The notes under the pieces: model-generated
The model's database searches: none
Told to the model about the DNA's origin: nothing
The model's input: only the letters and a program-made list of their open reading frames with translations
DNA from: a virus
Taxonomy: Duplodnaviria > Caudoviricetes
Reading direction: 5' to 3' (one strand)
Virus record (IMG/VR): IMGVR_UViG_3300010373_000093
Span: 1 to 36,275 of that record
Length of the DNA stretch: 36,275 nucleotides
Made by a program: the position numbers and the translations under genes
Part shown: positions 8,874 to 17,697 of the stretch, piece after piece
How positions within the stretch are numbered: position 1 is the first letter of the stretch
How the letters are laid out: every line of letters starts with the position of its first letter

Positions 8874-9392
8874 TTAGCTGCCCGTGCCAGAAGTAAAGAC
8901 CGGACCAGCCTCCGCGCCGGTCGGATCGGTGTTGGTCAAAACAATCGTCACATTGGCCAGAGGCATTTCCCCTTCCTTAAGTTCTTGTGGCTCAAACTTC
9001 TGCACGTAGGCATAAAAGGCCAGAGTCGGCACGGAGCCATCATTGACACCAGTGCCAGAGATATGCTTGCCTTCGGGGAAGAAGACCGTTACGGTCTGGT
9101 GGACGTTGATAAGAGACAGCATATCCGAGTAAGCGGCTGGCGCATAAGCGCAAACGCACTCAATCGTATCCATCTTCTTGAGTTTGCGCGGGGCCATCGT
9201 GTGCCATACAAGGTTGTGCATGGTCGAGATGTCCGTGGGATCGCCGCCATCAATTCCAGGGGGCTTGATGGTCTTTTCCCATAGATGAACGGAGGCGTTT
9301 GCCGAAAAGCAAAGCAGACTGGCAAAACCGTCGCGCAGGTAAAACCCTGTCGGGTTATTGACGCCGGTTGCTGGACTCGGAGGAGTAGTCAT
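8874..9392 (-). CDS. Major tail (tube) protein
   Basis: 172 aa with PPGIDGGDPTDISTM and FEPQELKEGEMPLANVTI. Lies between the tail terminator and the chaperone, RBS AAAGGA. Confidence 0.75.
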   Translation of the reverse strand: MTTPPSPATGVNNPTGFYLRDGFASLLCFSANASVHLWEKTIKPPGIDGGDPTDISTMHNLVWHTMAPRKLKKMDTIECVCAYAPAAYSDMLSLINVHQTVTVFFPEGKHISGTGVNDGSVPTLAFYAYVQKFEPQELKEGEMPLANVTIVLTNTDPTGAEAGPVFTSGTGS

Positions 9393-9414
9393 GTTCTTTC
9401 CTTTCTTAAGGTTG

Positions 9415-9858
9415 TTAGCTCAAGGTTAAGAGGGCGTTGACAACGGATATTGAGCGCTTGCTAGAAGGAGTGTTCTTACCAAGGATCGCCAGGCGAATTT
9501 TCGAGAAGCAGTGAACAATGTAGCTGTTCGTACCGAGAACAATACTTTGCTGATTGACCGTAGCCAGCACTTGCTTTATGGCAAAAGCCTTTTGGTAATC
9601 AGTAGGATGATCGACAGCCCTAACGCGCACCTGAATCCCGTAGTGGGTAAAGAGACTACCTTGCATCCAGCGCCCGTCTTCCTGATCTGCCGAGTCGTAA
9701 CAGGTGATGCAGTTGTCTGGTTCACTGGGTTCGTTGGAAGCATAGACCGGCCAAGCGTTTGGCTTTGTCGGTGGACTAGGCGGACTGGTGGCTAGCCCTA
9801 GCTGCACTAGAACCGCAGCCGTAAGCTCGGCAGGGCTATTCAGGAGTGGAATGCCCAC
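9415..9858 (-). CDS. Tail terminator/completion protein (minor-capsid-3-like)
   Basis: EPSEPDNCITCYD and GIQVRVRA motifs; position in the neck cluster. Confidence 0.7.
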   Translation of the reverse strand: MGIPLLNSPAELTAAVLVQLGLATSPPSPPTKPNAWPVYASNEPSEPDNCITCYDSADQEDGRWMQGSLFTHYGIQVRVRAVDHPTDYQKAFAIKQVLATVNQQSIVLGTNSYIVHCFSKIRLAILGKNTPSSKRSISVVNALLTLS

Positions 9859-10285
9859 GCTTCACCTTTGGTTCTTCAGCTAGCCCCAAATCCACGGCTG
9901 TTTCTGTATTACCTTGCGCATCCTGAACGAATCCAGAGGCTTTGAGAGCGCCCGTATCCACGGGAACGAGAGGTTGGCTCGCAGCTAAGAGCGCTTTGGC
10001 CGCGTTCAGGTTGGCTACTTTCAGGCCAATCCCATGTTCAGCATCGCCTCTAATCTTTGTGCCCAGTTCGTTGCGCATCTGTCGGGCCGGTCGTTCCAGG
10101 AACTTGGCTTGCCCACCGTTGGGATGATTGGCTTGCAAGTCTTCGTGAACGTAGATGGCATAAGGCGCGGAATAGCCCACCGTGCAAATGCCGTTGTCCT
10201 TTTTCTGGCTACGGGCGCGGCGCTTTAGTAGGTCTTCAACAAGCCTTGAAACACCTTCTACAAGCGCTGAGACAAACCTGGCCAT
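9836..10285 (-). CDS. HK97 gp10-like neck/tail completion protein
   Basis: VGYSAPYAIYVHE, GQAKFLERP and SQPLVPVDTGALKASG motifs. Confidence 0.75.
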   Translation of the reverse strand: MARFVSALVEGVSRLVEDLLKRRARSQKKDNGICTVGYSAPYAIYVHEDLQANHPNGGQAKFLERPARQMRNELGTKIRGDAEHGIGLKVANLNAAKALLAASQPLVPVDTGALKASGFVQDAQGNTETAVDLGLAEEPKVKRGHSTPE

Positions 10286-10413
10286 TAGGACTTGCCCCCG
10301 CGCAACTGGTTAACGAACCATCCCTTCATTACCCAGGCCCAAACCTTGGCGAACTCCCACACGAAACGCGCGTAAAGGATTGCGGTTATCCAAATTGTTT
10401 TCAGTGTTCCCAT
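10285..10413 (-). CDS. 42-aa Trp-rich amphipathic peptide
   Basis: Hand translated: MGTLKTIWITAILYARFVWEFAKVWAWVMKGWFVNQLRGGKS. TAATG overlaps at both ends, exactly filling the gap. Confidence 0.65.
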   Translation of the reverse strand: MGTLKTIWITAILYARFVWEFAKVWAWVMKGWFVNQLRGGKS

Positions 10414-10793
10414 TAGTCGGCTCCCTTGTTATGAAGGCGCATGAGGCCAACTTGTCGGCGTATGGCACGGCCCTTGATATCAGGCGTTTCGTAGTAGGTC
10501 TTGACCTCCATAAGCTCTTGATCGAGATGAGACGATCCAGAACCCGTACCTACCCAGTCGGCCAGTTGCCCTAGCCAAAGATGGCTCCCGAGATCGATGC
10601 GCTGCCCAACGATAGCAATAGCATCAAAAGCGACCGTGTTCCCTTTGGCGTCAACCACTTCTCGGCGCTTGGTAAGCCAGCGCACATTTATTTGGACCGG
10701 AGCGCCTACTGCTGGCTGGCCGTAGCTGTCGTAGCCTATAAAGGGCATGAGGACAGCTTGTTGCAGGAGATCGTTTGTCTCTAAACCTGGCAT
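10413..10793 (-). CDS. Head closure/stopper protein
   Basis: YDSYGQP...VRW...EVVDAKGN pattern; follows the adaptor gene. Confidence 0.7.
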   Translation of the reverse strand: MPGLETNDLLQQAVLMPFIGYDSYGQPAVGAPVQINVRWLTKRREVVDAKGNTVAFDAIAIVGQRIDLGSHLWLGQLADWVGTGSGSSHLDQELMEVKTYYETPDIKGRAIRRQVGLMRLHNKGAD

Positions 10794-11267
10794 TTAGCCC
10801 CCAAAGAGGGTGGAGTAACCATTGGGGTTAAGATCACCCGTGCCACAACCATACTCGATACCGGCCCAGTAGCCCCCTGCAACTTGGCGTTTACCAATAG
10901 CGCGCAGCATACCGGAGTAGTCGAGCATACAGGCTTGGCGTCCGTAGTCGGTCGTTTCAAAGCCATCGTTAGCTTGGCCGCGCTGGAAATTACCGCTCGC
11001 TCCCATCGTAGATTTACTACGGTAGAGAGGGTCCATCACGGTATAGAAGTGAGCGGCAAGCCAGCGCTCGATAAGCTCTAGCTCCACGGCGGAGAGAGTA
11101 ACGGGCATAATGGCTTTGTTTTGCGCAGCCGTATTCACCCGGTCCACAACCGCACTAGCTGAGGCGATGAACGGTGTCAGGTCCGTCAAGCCATCCCAGT
11201 TAGAATTGTCATTCAATCCCCCTAGGATGGCTTCGACGGCGCTGGTTTTAGTACGTGGCGGAATCAT
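10794..11267 (-). CDS. Head-tail adaptor protein (DUF4054-like)
   Basis: LTPFIASAS, IERWLAAHFY and TTDYGRQACMLD motifs. Confidence 0.75.
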   Translation of the reverse strand: MIPPRTKTSAVEAILGGLNDNSNWDGLTDLTPFIASASAVVDRVNTAAQNKAIMPVTLSAVELELIERWLAAHFYTVMDPLYRSKSTMGASGNFQRGQANDGFETTDYGRQACMLDYSGMLRAIGKRQVAGGYWAGIEYGCGTGDLNPNGYSTLFGG

Positions 11268-11455
11268 GTAGTGCCGTTATAGATCAGTAGGTAGTCATCC
11301 AAGGCCGCGTTGGTGGTTGGTGTCTGCTGACTCCAAAAGGTATGAGCATCCGTGGCTAGCTTCTTCTCTTCGGCGTTCATAAACTTCCAACCGAAGCTAT
11401 TGCGCAGTTTTTCGCCCTTGTTGAGAAGAAGCTGACGGAACTGTTCTCGGTCCAT
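11264..11455 (-). CDS. Small hypothetical protein
   Basis: Probable start ATG 11455 with GAGG RBS; ATGA overlap with the adaptor gene. Confidence 0.55.
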   Translation of the reverse strand: MDREQFRQLLLNKGEKLRNSFGWKFMNAEEKKLATDAHTFWSQQTPTTNAALDDYLLIYNGTT

Positions 11456-11515
11456 ACTGATCCTCACTTAGTTGGGACTCACACGGAGCGGCGGCATTTT
11501 CAGACGGCTCTAGCC

Positions 11516-12130
11516 TCAGCAGCCTCCGCGACCACCGCTAAAGCCAAAGAACATGGGAGGCGGCGCGAAGTATTGCGGCTGCGGAATAAAAGCAGGCGGA
11601 TTCAAAATGCGCTGGACTTGGGCGGGCAAATCGTCTGGGCATCCAGGCACCGTACCAGAGATAAAGACCGCGCCGTTATTGGGCTTGGCCACGATAACGC
11701 ACGGGTCTTTGACAACGATTCCGTTCATGCGCTCATATTCCTTGACGTGGACATGAAGGCAATTTGTTAGCTTCTTCTCGCACGGGATACAAACCTCTGC
11801 AACCCACACGCACAGGGGCTTATTCTCAATAAGCGCTAGGTCCACGGCGGTATTGAGAGTTAAGGGCTTTTTGTGGGAAACTTGTGTGCAGTTACAGTCA
11901 ATCGAGCAGCGTCCGTTATCGAGATCGCAGTCACATTTACCCATCTGACAACGGCAATCAGGACCATTACAGCCACAGTTAGGAATAGGCGCGGGAGTAA
12001 CGGGGATAGGCGCAACCGGAATCGGCAAGATATTGGGGTTCGGGTTAGCGGCGTCCGTCTGTTGTACCGAGGAACAGGCCAGAAGGAAGAAGGTACAGAG
12101 TATCAGGCTTACGGCGGCAAAGTAGCGCAT
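11516..12130 (-). CDS. Putative lipoprotein with Cys cluster and thioredoxin-like CxxC domain
   Basis: Start ATG 12130 (TAATG coupling). Signal peptide with lipobox LLAC, Pro-rich linker, CGCNGPDCRC...CNC cluster, then NKPLCVWVAEVCIPC. Confidence 0.6.
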   Translation of the reverse strand: MRYFAAVSLILCTFFLLACSSVQQTDAANPNPNILPIPVAPIPVTPAPIPNCGCNGPDCRCQMGKCDCDLDNGRCSIDCNCTQVSHKKPLTLNTAVDLALIENKPLCVWVAEVCIPCEKKLTNCLHVHVKEYERMNGIVVKDPCVIVAKPNNGAVFISGTVPGCPDDLPAQVQRILNPPAFIPQPQYFAPPPMFFGFSGGRGGC

Positions 12131-12516
12131 TAGTCTTCTCCAAAGATGGACCAGCCAAGGGTTTGATTGGCTAGGTCGATGCCAAATAGAACGAGTACAG
12201 CGGAAGAGGTAAGGGCTGTGCCCAACCAGAAGTGACCACAGGACGCAACGATGCCTCCAATGGCTCCAGCTTGATAGCAAGCAAAGTCCCAGGCCGAACC
12301 GCCCCAGGTATCACCCTCAAACCAAGAGGCAGTATCGAGAGCAAACTCTTTGAGCGCGGTAATAAGGAAGAAACTCGCGTAGAGCCAACCCACGGACAGG
12401 CCATGCGTTGTTCCAGCAAAAAGGATGAGGGCACCAGCCAGGACATGAATAACTTGGGCCATGTACCACGGACTGGGTTCCCAGATGCCTTTGCCAGAAT
12501 TAGCAGGGTTTGTCAT
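12130..12516 (-). CDS. Multi-pass membrane protein (holin-like candidate)
   Basis: 128 aa with 3-4 hydrophobic segments. Confidence 0.6.
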   Translation of the reverse strand: MTNPANSGKGIWEPSPWYMAQVIHVLAGALILFAGTTHGLSVGWLYASFFLITALKEFALDTASWFEGDTWGGSAWDFACYQAGAIGGIVASCGHFWLGTALTSSAVLVLFGIDLANQTLGWSIFGED

Positions 12517-12559
12517 AGGTTGGCTCTACGAACGAGTGAGGGGTTAGTTAGTGACGACG

Positions 12560-12817
12560 TTAGGACTTGGCCGGGATACCAGCGCTACTAGCTAACTTTT
12601 GTAGAAGCGCGTCAAGAATCGCTTTCCACTCTTGCGGAATGGAAGAGTTTGACAGCACTTCTTCAAGCGCAGCCACCACAGCCGGGCCACCGTACTGAAG
12701 AATAAGATTCCAAACGACATCCCAGCCATTACCGCTGATGATGCTAATGAGCTTGGCCCACAGGCCAATCGGCAGAGACGGGCTGGTCAGAGCGGCTTCG
12801 ACAAACTTTTGAGACAT
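12560..12817 (-). CDS. Small amphipathic helical protein
   Basis: Probable start MSQKFV at 12817 with AAAGGA RBS. Confidence 0.6.
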   Translation of the reverse strand: MSQKFVEAALTSPSLPIGLWAKLISIISGNGWDVVWNLILQYGGPAVVAALEEVLSNSSIPQEWKAILDALLQKLASSAGIPAKS

Positions 12818-12873
12818 TGGGAGTTCCTTTCGTTTAGGGCGAACAGGTCGGAAGTTGTAAAAGTAAGGGACAC

Positions 12874-13686
12874 TCATGCAAGCGAAGGGCTGACGACGAT
12901 ACAGGCGATAGCGGAATCGGGGATCGAGTGGTTGCCATTGAGAAGGCCCATGCCTTGCTCGGACCACGAATCACCCCAACTGTTCCAAATGCGCGTGGTC
13001 AATTGACGACCATCCCAGTCTACAATGTCAGCCGTACAGACCGAGTGGGACCACCACGAAAAATCCGAGACGACCGGGCAATCGAGAAGCGCGGCTGTGA
13101 CCAACTGGTCCAGCATGTTGTTAGGGTCCAGGTCCATCCAGCGCACGTACTTATGAAGCGCCGCGTTCTCCCACGTCTTCGGGTTGTCGTTGCCACGGCT
13201 CATCGACTGTTGCGGCCAGAACTCAGACGTGGGGACGCCCTTTGTGGCTTCAAACTCGACACCTTCGCCACCCCAGCCGCCTTCATCGCGGAAGTTCTTT
13301 ATCATGCACGCGCCAGCATAAGCCGAGAGATCGGCATACGGCTCGTTCATGTAGGCACGCGCCAAGAGATGAGCGCTAACGCCTGAGTGCATCCAGCAGT
13401 AGCCTTTGCCGTTCTGGTCGCGGGAAGGTACGATCTGACCGACGCGACCAGACTTGCGAATGTCTGATAGCTGCGCTTTGGCTGCGATCTTGGCCTGGAT
13501 GCGCGCCTTCCACTCGCTACGCGGAATGAGAGGCAGCGTAAAGGGCTGCGCGTAGTAAAGGCTCCCGTGCGGATAGAGGGAGAAGTCGCGCGGGATAAGC
13601 CCGTGATGGCCGAGCGCGTTCTGGTTCCCCGGCAAGGGAGCCATGAACTTGTGCATGTTGTGTTGTGTGATTATTTCGAGCGCCAT
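12874..13686 (-). CDS. Papain-like (C1 family) cysteine peptidase
   Basis: Catalytic motifs DQNGKGYCW (Gln/Cys), WWSHSVC (His) and IWNSWG (Asn). Probable start MALEII at 13686. Confidence 0.88.
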   Translation of the reverse strand: MALEIITQHNMHKFMAPLPGNQNALGHHGLIPRDFSLYPHGSLYYAQPFTLPLIPRSEWKARIQAKIAAKAQLSDIRKSGRVGQIVPSRDQNGKGYCWMHSGVSAHLLARAYMNEPYADLSAYAGACMIKNFRDEGGWGGEGVEFEATKGVPTSEFWPQQSMSRGNDNPKTWENAALHKYVRWMDLDPNNMLDQLVTAALLDCPVVSDFSWWSHSVCTADIVDWDGRQLTTRIWNSWGDSWSEQGMGLLNGNHSIPDSAIACIVVSPSLA

Positions 13687-13889
13687 CGGTAATCTTTCCA
13701 ACTTTCGTAGAGAAGTTCCCCAATCGTCCAAAGAAGACAGGGGAGCCAGAAAACGCCATAGGTAACGGTCTGCCTAGTGCGCTCTTTTAGGCTAAGATGG
13801 CCGTAAGGGTCAGAGACAACCCAAACAAACCAAGCAGAGGCACAGGCAAACAGGGCGTAAAAACCAAGTAAGTACCAGTACCAAGTCAA
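13671..13889 (-). CDS. Small two-helix membrane protein
   Basis: 72 aa, aromatic/hydrophobic segments, FWLP motif. Confidence 0.55.
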   Translation of the reverse strand: MTWYWYLLGFYALFACASAWFVWVVSDPYGHLSLKERTRQTVTYGVFWLPCLLWTIGELLYESWKDYRWRSK

Positions 13890-13891
13890 GA

Positions 13892-14371
13892 TCAGTCTCC
13901 TGCTGGGATAATTACATCGTCATCTGCGCCTTTGTCCTTTCCTTGGTACTTCGGCGGGTCGCAGTCAACGCCGCTGGGGTAAAATCCAGGACCAGATTTG
14001 CCCTCATACTTTGTGGCCGGTAGGTAGTCAGGACAGTGCCGGCTCAAACCCTGAAGGACACGGAGAAGTAGGCGCAGAGTCGATTCATCGTGCCTGACGA
14101 TGAAACCGTATTTGTTCTGCGCCGTCCGGCCAAAGTTGAGTAGTAAGGTAGCGCGGATAGACTGGAGTTCATCGTAAGCCTCCTCCAGTTCATGGACGTT
14201 ATGCGCCAGAGCGTCAAGCTTCTGAGAGACGGGAGCCAAGCCATGATGCGGATGAGGCTCTTGGCCGAGGACCGTCCCGCGCAATTCGTTCTGTTGGGAA
14301 CCGTGGCGCTCGTCCCAGTCGGACGGTTTCGGCCCTTCGCCGTTGATATAGTTCATTTCGTCAGCGCGCAT
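13892..14371 (-). CDS. Hypothetical protein
   Basis: 159 aa, starts immediately after the upstream stop, GGAGG RBS. Confidence 0.6.
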   Translation of the reverse strand: MRADEMNYINGEGPKPSDWDERHGSQQNELRGTVLGQEPHPHHGLAPVSQKLDALAHNVHELEEAYDELQSIRATLLLNFGRTAQNKYGFIVRHDESTLRLLLRVLQGLSRHCPDYLPATKYEGKSGPGFYPSGVDCDPPKYQGKDKGADDDVIIPAGD

Positions 14372-14971
14372 TTATCCTCCATACTTCTTAAGAAGGGCCA
14401 GAAGAGAGGCAGCATCAGTAGGCAGCGCACCCTCAAAGCCACCACCCTTGTCCGGATTGCTGACGATGATATAAGGCACGGGCTTGCCACTTGTGCGCTT
14501 AAAGGCTTCCTGCCAGAGCGGAGACTCGTTCGTCAGGTCCGCTGACTTATCGAGAAAGCGCCATTCCTTTTGACCACTAGGACCAGCCGGACAGGTCTGG
14601 TTCAAGTAGCTGCGCACATCACCCGAAGACAATGCCAGTTGTTGGGCTGGTGTCAGGGCTGTGGTGCGATCCGTGACAACCAGAACGTGAAGACCGCTAA
14701 CCGGAATTGGAGCCGGTGTCGGCTTAGGAGCGGGGCCAGGGCCAGGATTAGGTATAACCGGCCAGTGCCAGGGCCATTGGAAGTGAGGCAGACTCGGTAG
14801 CTGCATTCGGCCCGCGAAACCGCCAACGGCTCCAGCCAGAACAGCTACCCAAAGGGACTGGACGAACGGGCGCTCGAAAAAAGCGACCGCTTTAGGTCCG
14901 GTGCCTTTCACATAACCGAACCCCTGGACCAGCCAGAGAAACGGTTGTTTAAGCCACTGTAGAAAAGTCAT
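14372..14971 (-). CDS. Membrane-anchored protein with Pro linker and thioredoxin-like (no CxxC) domain
   Basis: TM segment LWVAVLAGAVGGFAG, PNPGPGPAPKPTP linker, then an alpha/beta domain ending LLALLKKYGG. The fold call is inference. Confidence 0.55.
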   Translation of the reverse strand: MTFLQWLKQPFLWLVQGFGYVKGTGPKAVAFFERPFVQSLWVAVLAGAVGGFAGRMQLPSLPHFQWPWHWPVIPNPGPGPAPKPTPAPIPVSGLHVLVVTDRTTALTPAQQLALSSGDVRSYLNQTCPAGPSGQKEWRFLDKSADLTNESPLWQEAFKRTSGKPVPYIIVSNPDKGGGFEGALPTDAASLLALLKKYGG

Positions 14972-15002
14972 GGGAACTCCGTAGGCGGCGAAGGGTTACG
15001 GG

Positions 15003-15446
15003 TTAGGCAGCGCTTGTTGCCGGAGAGCCGAAGGCTTGTTTCACTGCCTTTAAGACTTCCTCACGGCTCTTGGCCTGACCGAGCGGAATCTCTTCCTCGC
15101 TGGCCAAGTCCTTAAGCTGCTGAAGGTTCATTCGGTCCAGGTCTGACACGGTGAAGTTGAGCATCTTGCCGCGTTCTTCCTGAGTTAGCGGAGTGCTAGG
15201 TGCATTGCGCTGAGTTACGCCAGGAATCACCACTTCCTTGCCGCGCCGTTTGTAGCTGGCCAGTTCATCGGCGTGGACCTGTTTGAACTTTTCCGGCCAT
15301 TTATCGGCGTAGTGAGGAAAGGGACTTTGGAATACTTCGCCCTGTGAGACGCTGATCCCAAGGACTTCCTTGTTGCCAGGAATCGGCTCACAATGCTTGC
15401 CAGCCAGAACTTCAAAATAAAAGGTTGGTTTGGTGGTCTGACTCAT
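15003..15446 (-). CDS. Protein with C-terminal Rho-N/HeH-like domain
   Basis: DLDRMNLQQLKDLASEEEIPLGQAKSREEVLKAV; such genes commonly follow capsid genes. Confidence 0.7.
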   Translation of the reverse strand: MSQTTKPTFYFEVLAGKHCEPIPGNKEVLGISVSQGEVFQSPFPHYADKWPEKFKQVHADELASYKRRGKEVVIPGVTQRNAPSTPLTQEERGKMLNFTVSDLDRMNLQQLKDLASEEEIPLGQAKSREEVLKAVKQAFGSPATSAA

Positions 15447-15754
15447 GGTTGCTCCTTTTTGCCGTCGATCCGGTCTACTAGACGCGCCAGCGTTGTACTA
15501 ATCTGGCTAAGGCTGCGCTGGTTTGATTGGATGGCCTGATTCATGGTCGCATGGTCTTCTCGACACATCGCCCGTTCGCTGGCCATTTCTTTTGAGAATA
15601 CGTCTAGTTGCTTGTCGTGCCGCGCGTCAGCACGATCTTGCATGTTAGGAATTGTGACGCGCACAACGTAGATCAGGGTAGTAATGAGCGTAGCCAGGCA
15701 GATTGCCCCCACGCTAAAACTACCGATCATTTTCGAGACTTCGACAATTTCCAT
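15443..15754 (-). CDS. Single-TM coiled-coil protein (BhlA/holin-like candidate)
   Basis: N-terminal hydrophobic helix then coiled coil. Probable start MEIVEV at 15754 with GAGG RBS. Confidence 0.55.
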   Translation of the reverse strand: MEIVEVSKMIGSFSVGAICLATLITTLIYVVRVTIPNMQDRADARHDKQLDVFSKEMASERAMCREDHATMNQAIQSNQRSLSQISTTLARLVDRIDGKKEQP

Positions 15755-15775
15755 CTCTCTGTTCCTCAACATTGA

Positions 15776-15800
15776 GGAAGGGTTCGCCCAACCCCTTTCC
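15776..15800 (-). terminator. Hairpin downstream of the capsid gene
   Basis: GGAAAGGGGTT-GGGCG-AACCCTTCC imperfect stem; weak U-tract. Confidence 0.35.
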
Positions 15801-15823
15801 ATCCGGTAGCGAAGCGGAGTGGT

Positions 15824-17104
15824 TTACAGGCTCGCGGTGGCGTGCAGAATACCGCAGTTACCGTAGAAGTCAGCGCGCAACTGAGGAACCTGGATGGCCA
15901 TGACCTTGAAGGACAGCTTCATGCCTCCAATCGATTCCCACTGGATCGTGGTGATGTCCATGCCATTGACAGCCCGCGCAACGTCAGGCGTCATCTGCAC
16001 GATCATCATGGTGAAGGGGAAGAAGGTGGTCGCGTCGTTACCTGCCCCAGCAGCTTGCGCCGCAGCAGAGGTAAACATGAAGTCCAAGCGGCGGACATCG
16101 GTGATGCCCTCAATCGAGCGCAAGCGGTCGCGGATAGTTTGAGTGGCCAGGCCCGACACGTTACCCGCGCCTGCCGTCACGATGTAATCGTTGTCAAGGT
16201 ACTGGTCCCAGTCGGGGCTATGGTAGACCATGAAGGGACCATAGAATTTGTCGGCGTACAACTGACTGCGGGCGGCGAGGATATCCTTAATCAAGTCGCC
16301 AGGAACCCAGCCAGACCCCGAACGACCGTTGCCGTTGGGCCGGTAGAAAGTGGCCGTATTACGGTTGGGGAAGTTACCGTAGCCATAGACCTGGCTAACA
16401 CGGCCATAGCCGTAGCCAGAGCTATAGGGCGTGCCAGAGCCACCGTAGGACATGCCGGGGATAACCCCGATCAGGGTCTTCTCGATAGCTTCTGCCACAC
16501 GTCGGCCAGCCGTTTCGCCCGAAGTCGTATCAAGTGGGGTCGAGCTATTGCGGCTGACAGCCAGACGGCGCGAACTGTACCAGAAATCCGAATGCGTCAG
16601 AGGCAACGGCAAGCCCTGGAGTTGGAACTGCGGGGCATCCGTGCGGCCTTCTGTCAAACCGTCCATGTCCACAATCGCCTCACCGGGATCGGACATGGTT
16701 TCATGTTCGAGGATCATCTTGCCCATGCCGTTGAAACCGCCGAAGCTGTTGGCAGAGGCAAGGTCCGCCCAAGCGCGCAAACGATAGCGAGCAGCGCGCA
16801 GAACCACGGCGTCAAGCTGAATCCATTCCTCTTTGCGCAGAGCCACGGCATTGAAGACTGGGCTGTTGATGCCGCGCGCCTGAAGGTTCGTGATAAGTTC
16901 GGGCTGATACTGAGGAGCGTACTTCGGTTCGTTGCCCTTGGCGTTGTGGTTAAGAACCATGCCCTTAAAGACATCAACAACACGCTGACCGCGCTCGTTG
17001 AGGTAAGGACGCATGAGCTTCGGGTCGAAGCGAACGCCTTGGAGCGCTTCAGCCAATTGGCCGTGCCCCTGGCCGTTCAGAATGTAATCTTGCTGCACAA
17101 ACAC
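15824..17104 (-). CDS. Major capsid protein (HK97 fold, linocin/encapsulin-like family)
   Basis: N-AVALRKEEWIQLD, LPLPLTHSDF...RRLAVSR, PLDTT...AGRRVAE.IE, KVMAIQVPQLRADF.G.CGI. GTG start, GGAG RBS. Confidence 0.9.
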   Translation of the reverse strand: MFVQQDYILNGQGHGQLAEALQGVRFDPKLMRPYLNERGQRVVDVFKGMVLNHNAKGNEPKYAPQYQPELITNLQARGINSPVFNAVALRKEEWIQLDAVVLRAARYRLRAWADLASANSFGGFNGMGKMILEHETMSDPGEAIVDMDGLTEGRTDAPQFQLQGLPLPLTHSDFWYSSRRLAVSRNSSTPLDTTSGETAGRRVAEAIEKTLIGVIPGMSYGGSGTPYSSGYGYGRVSQVYGYGNFPNRNTATFYRPNGNGRSGSGWVPGDLIKDILAARSQLYADKFYGPFMVYHSPDWDQYLDNDYIVTAGAGNVSGLATQTIRDRLRSIEGITDVRRLDFMFTSAAAQAAGAGNDATTFFPFTMMIVQMTPDVARAVNGMDITTIQWESIGGMKLSFKVMAIQVPQLRADFYGNCGILHATASL

Positions 17105-17161
17105 GGTTTATTCTCCGGGTTGTCGGTAGTGGGGTATTAAGAAAGAGCGTCAGGGGTATGG

Positions 17162-17671
17162 TTAGAACTGTTTCTGACTGAAGAGCCAACCAACCGCGTC
17201 AGCGGTGGCGTCATAGTGTTCCATCGACATGAACCAAGCCTGAACCGAACTGGTTGTCGTCTGAATGAACTGGCCAGGCGCGGTCGAATGCGAAGGAATC
17301 AAGCGCTCTCCGATGGTATAAGCGTTGGCGGAACCAGTACCAACCTGTGGAGCCACGGCGATATTCATGTACTCGCCAGCCAACGGACAGTAAAGGAAAA
17401 CGCGGCCACCCGCGCTTGCGCCTGGAGAAGCGTAAGCGGTCGAGTACAGTTGTCCCTGGAGGCTGTCAGGCAGAAGGATGGCAGCAAGGCGCGGATCGCC
17501 GTCCGCCGAAGGCGCATACGGGGTCCAGGTGGGTTCGCCGTTAACAAGGGCAGCGCCAGCCACGATCATCATGGCTGAGCCAGGATAGGGAGTTTGGTTC
17601 GCGGCCAAAAGCCCTTCCAGGAAAACGCCGCGCGGTTGTGCGGCAGTAAGCAGAATCTCAGAACCCTTCAT
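17162..17671 (-). CDS. Head decoration/cement protein
   Basis: 169 aa, between scaffold/protease and capsid; EG...TPYPG and LQG...TAY...GRVFLY.P..GE motifs. Confidence 0.7.
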   Translation of the reverse strand: MKGSEILLTAAQPRGVFLEGLLAANQTPYPGSAMMIVAGAALVNGEPTWTPYAPSADGDPRLAAILLPDSLQGQLYSTAYASPGASAGGRVFLYCPLAGEYMNIAVAPQVGTGSANAYTIGERLIPSHSTAPGQFIQTTTSSVQAWFMSMEHYDATADAVGWLFSQKQF

Positions 17672-17697
17672 TGGTATCTCCGGTGTTATGTGCGGGT

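Noticed and set aside
8475-9284. 269-aa plus-strand ORF (likewise 17789-18532, 27824-28423 and other plus-strand ORFs)
   Set aside because: These lie antisense to well-supported, coupled minus-strand genes and have no protein-like features.
15824-17104. Bacterial encapsulin/linocin nanocompartment
   Set aside because: The gene is embedded among portal, protease, neck and tail genes, so it is a phage capsid protein.
15842-17140. 432-aa plus-strand ORF
   Set aside because: It is the antisense shadow of the major capsid gene, arising from codon bias, and has no recognisable motifs.
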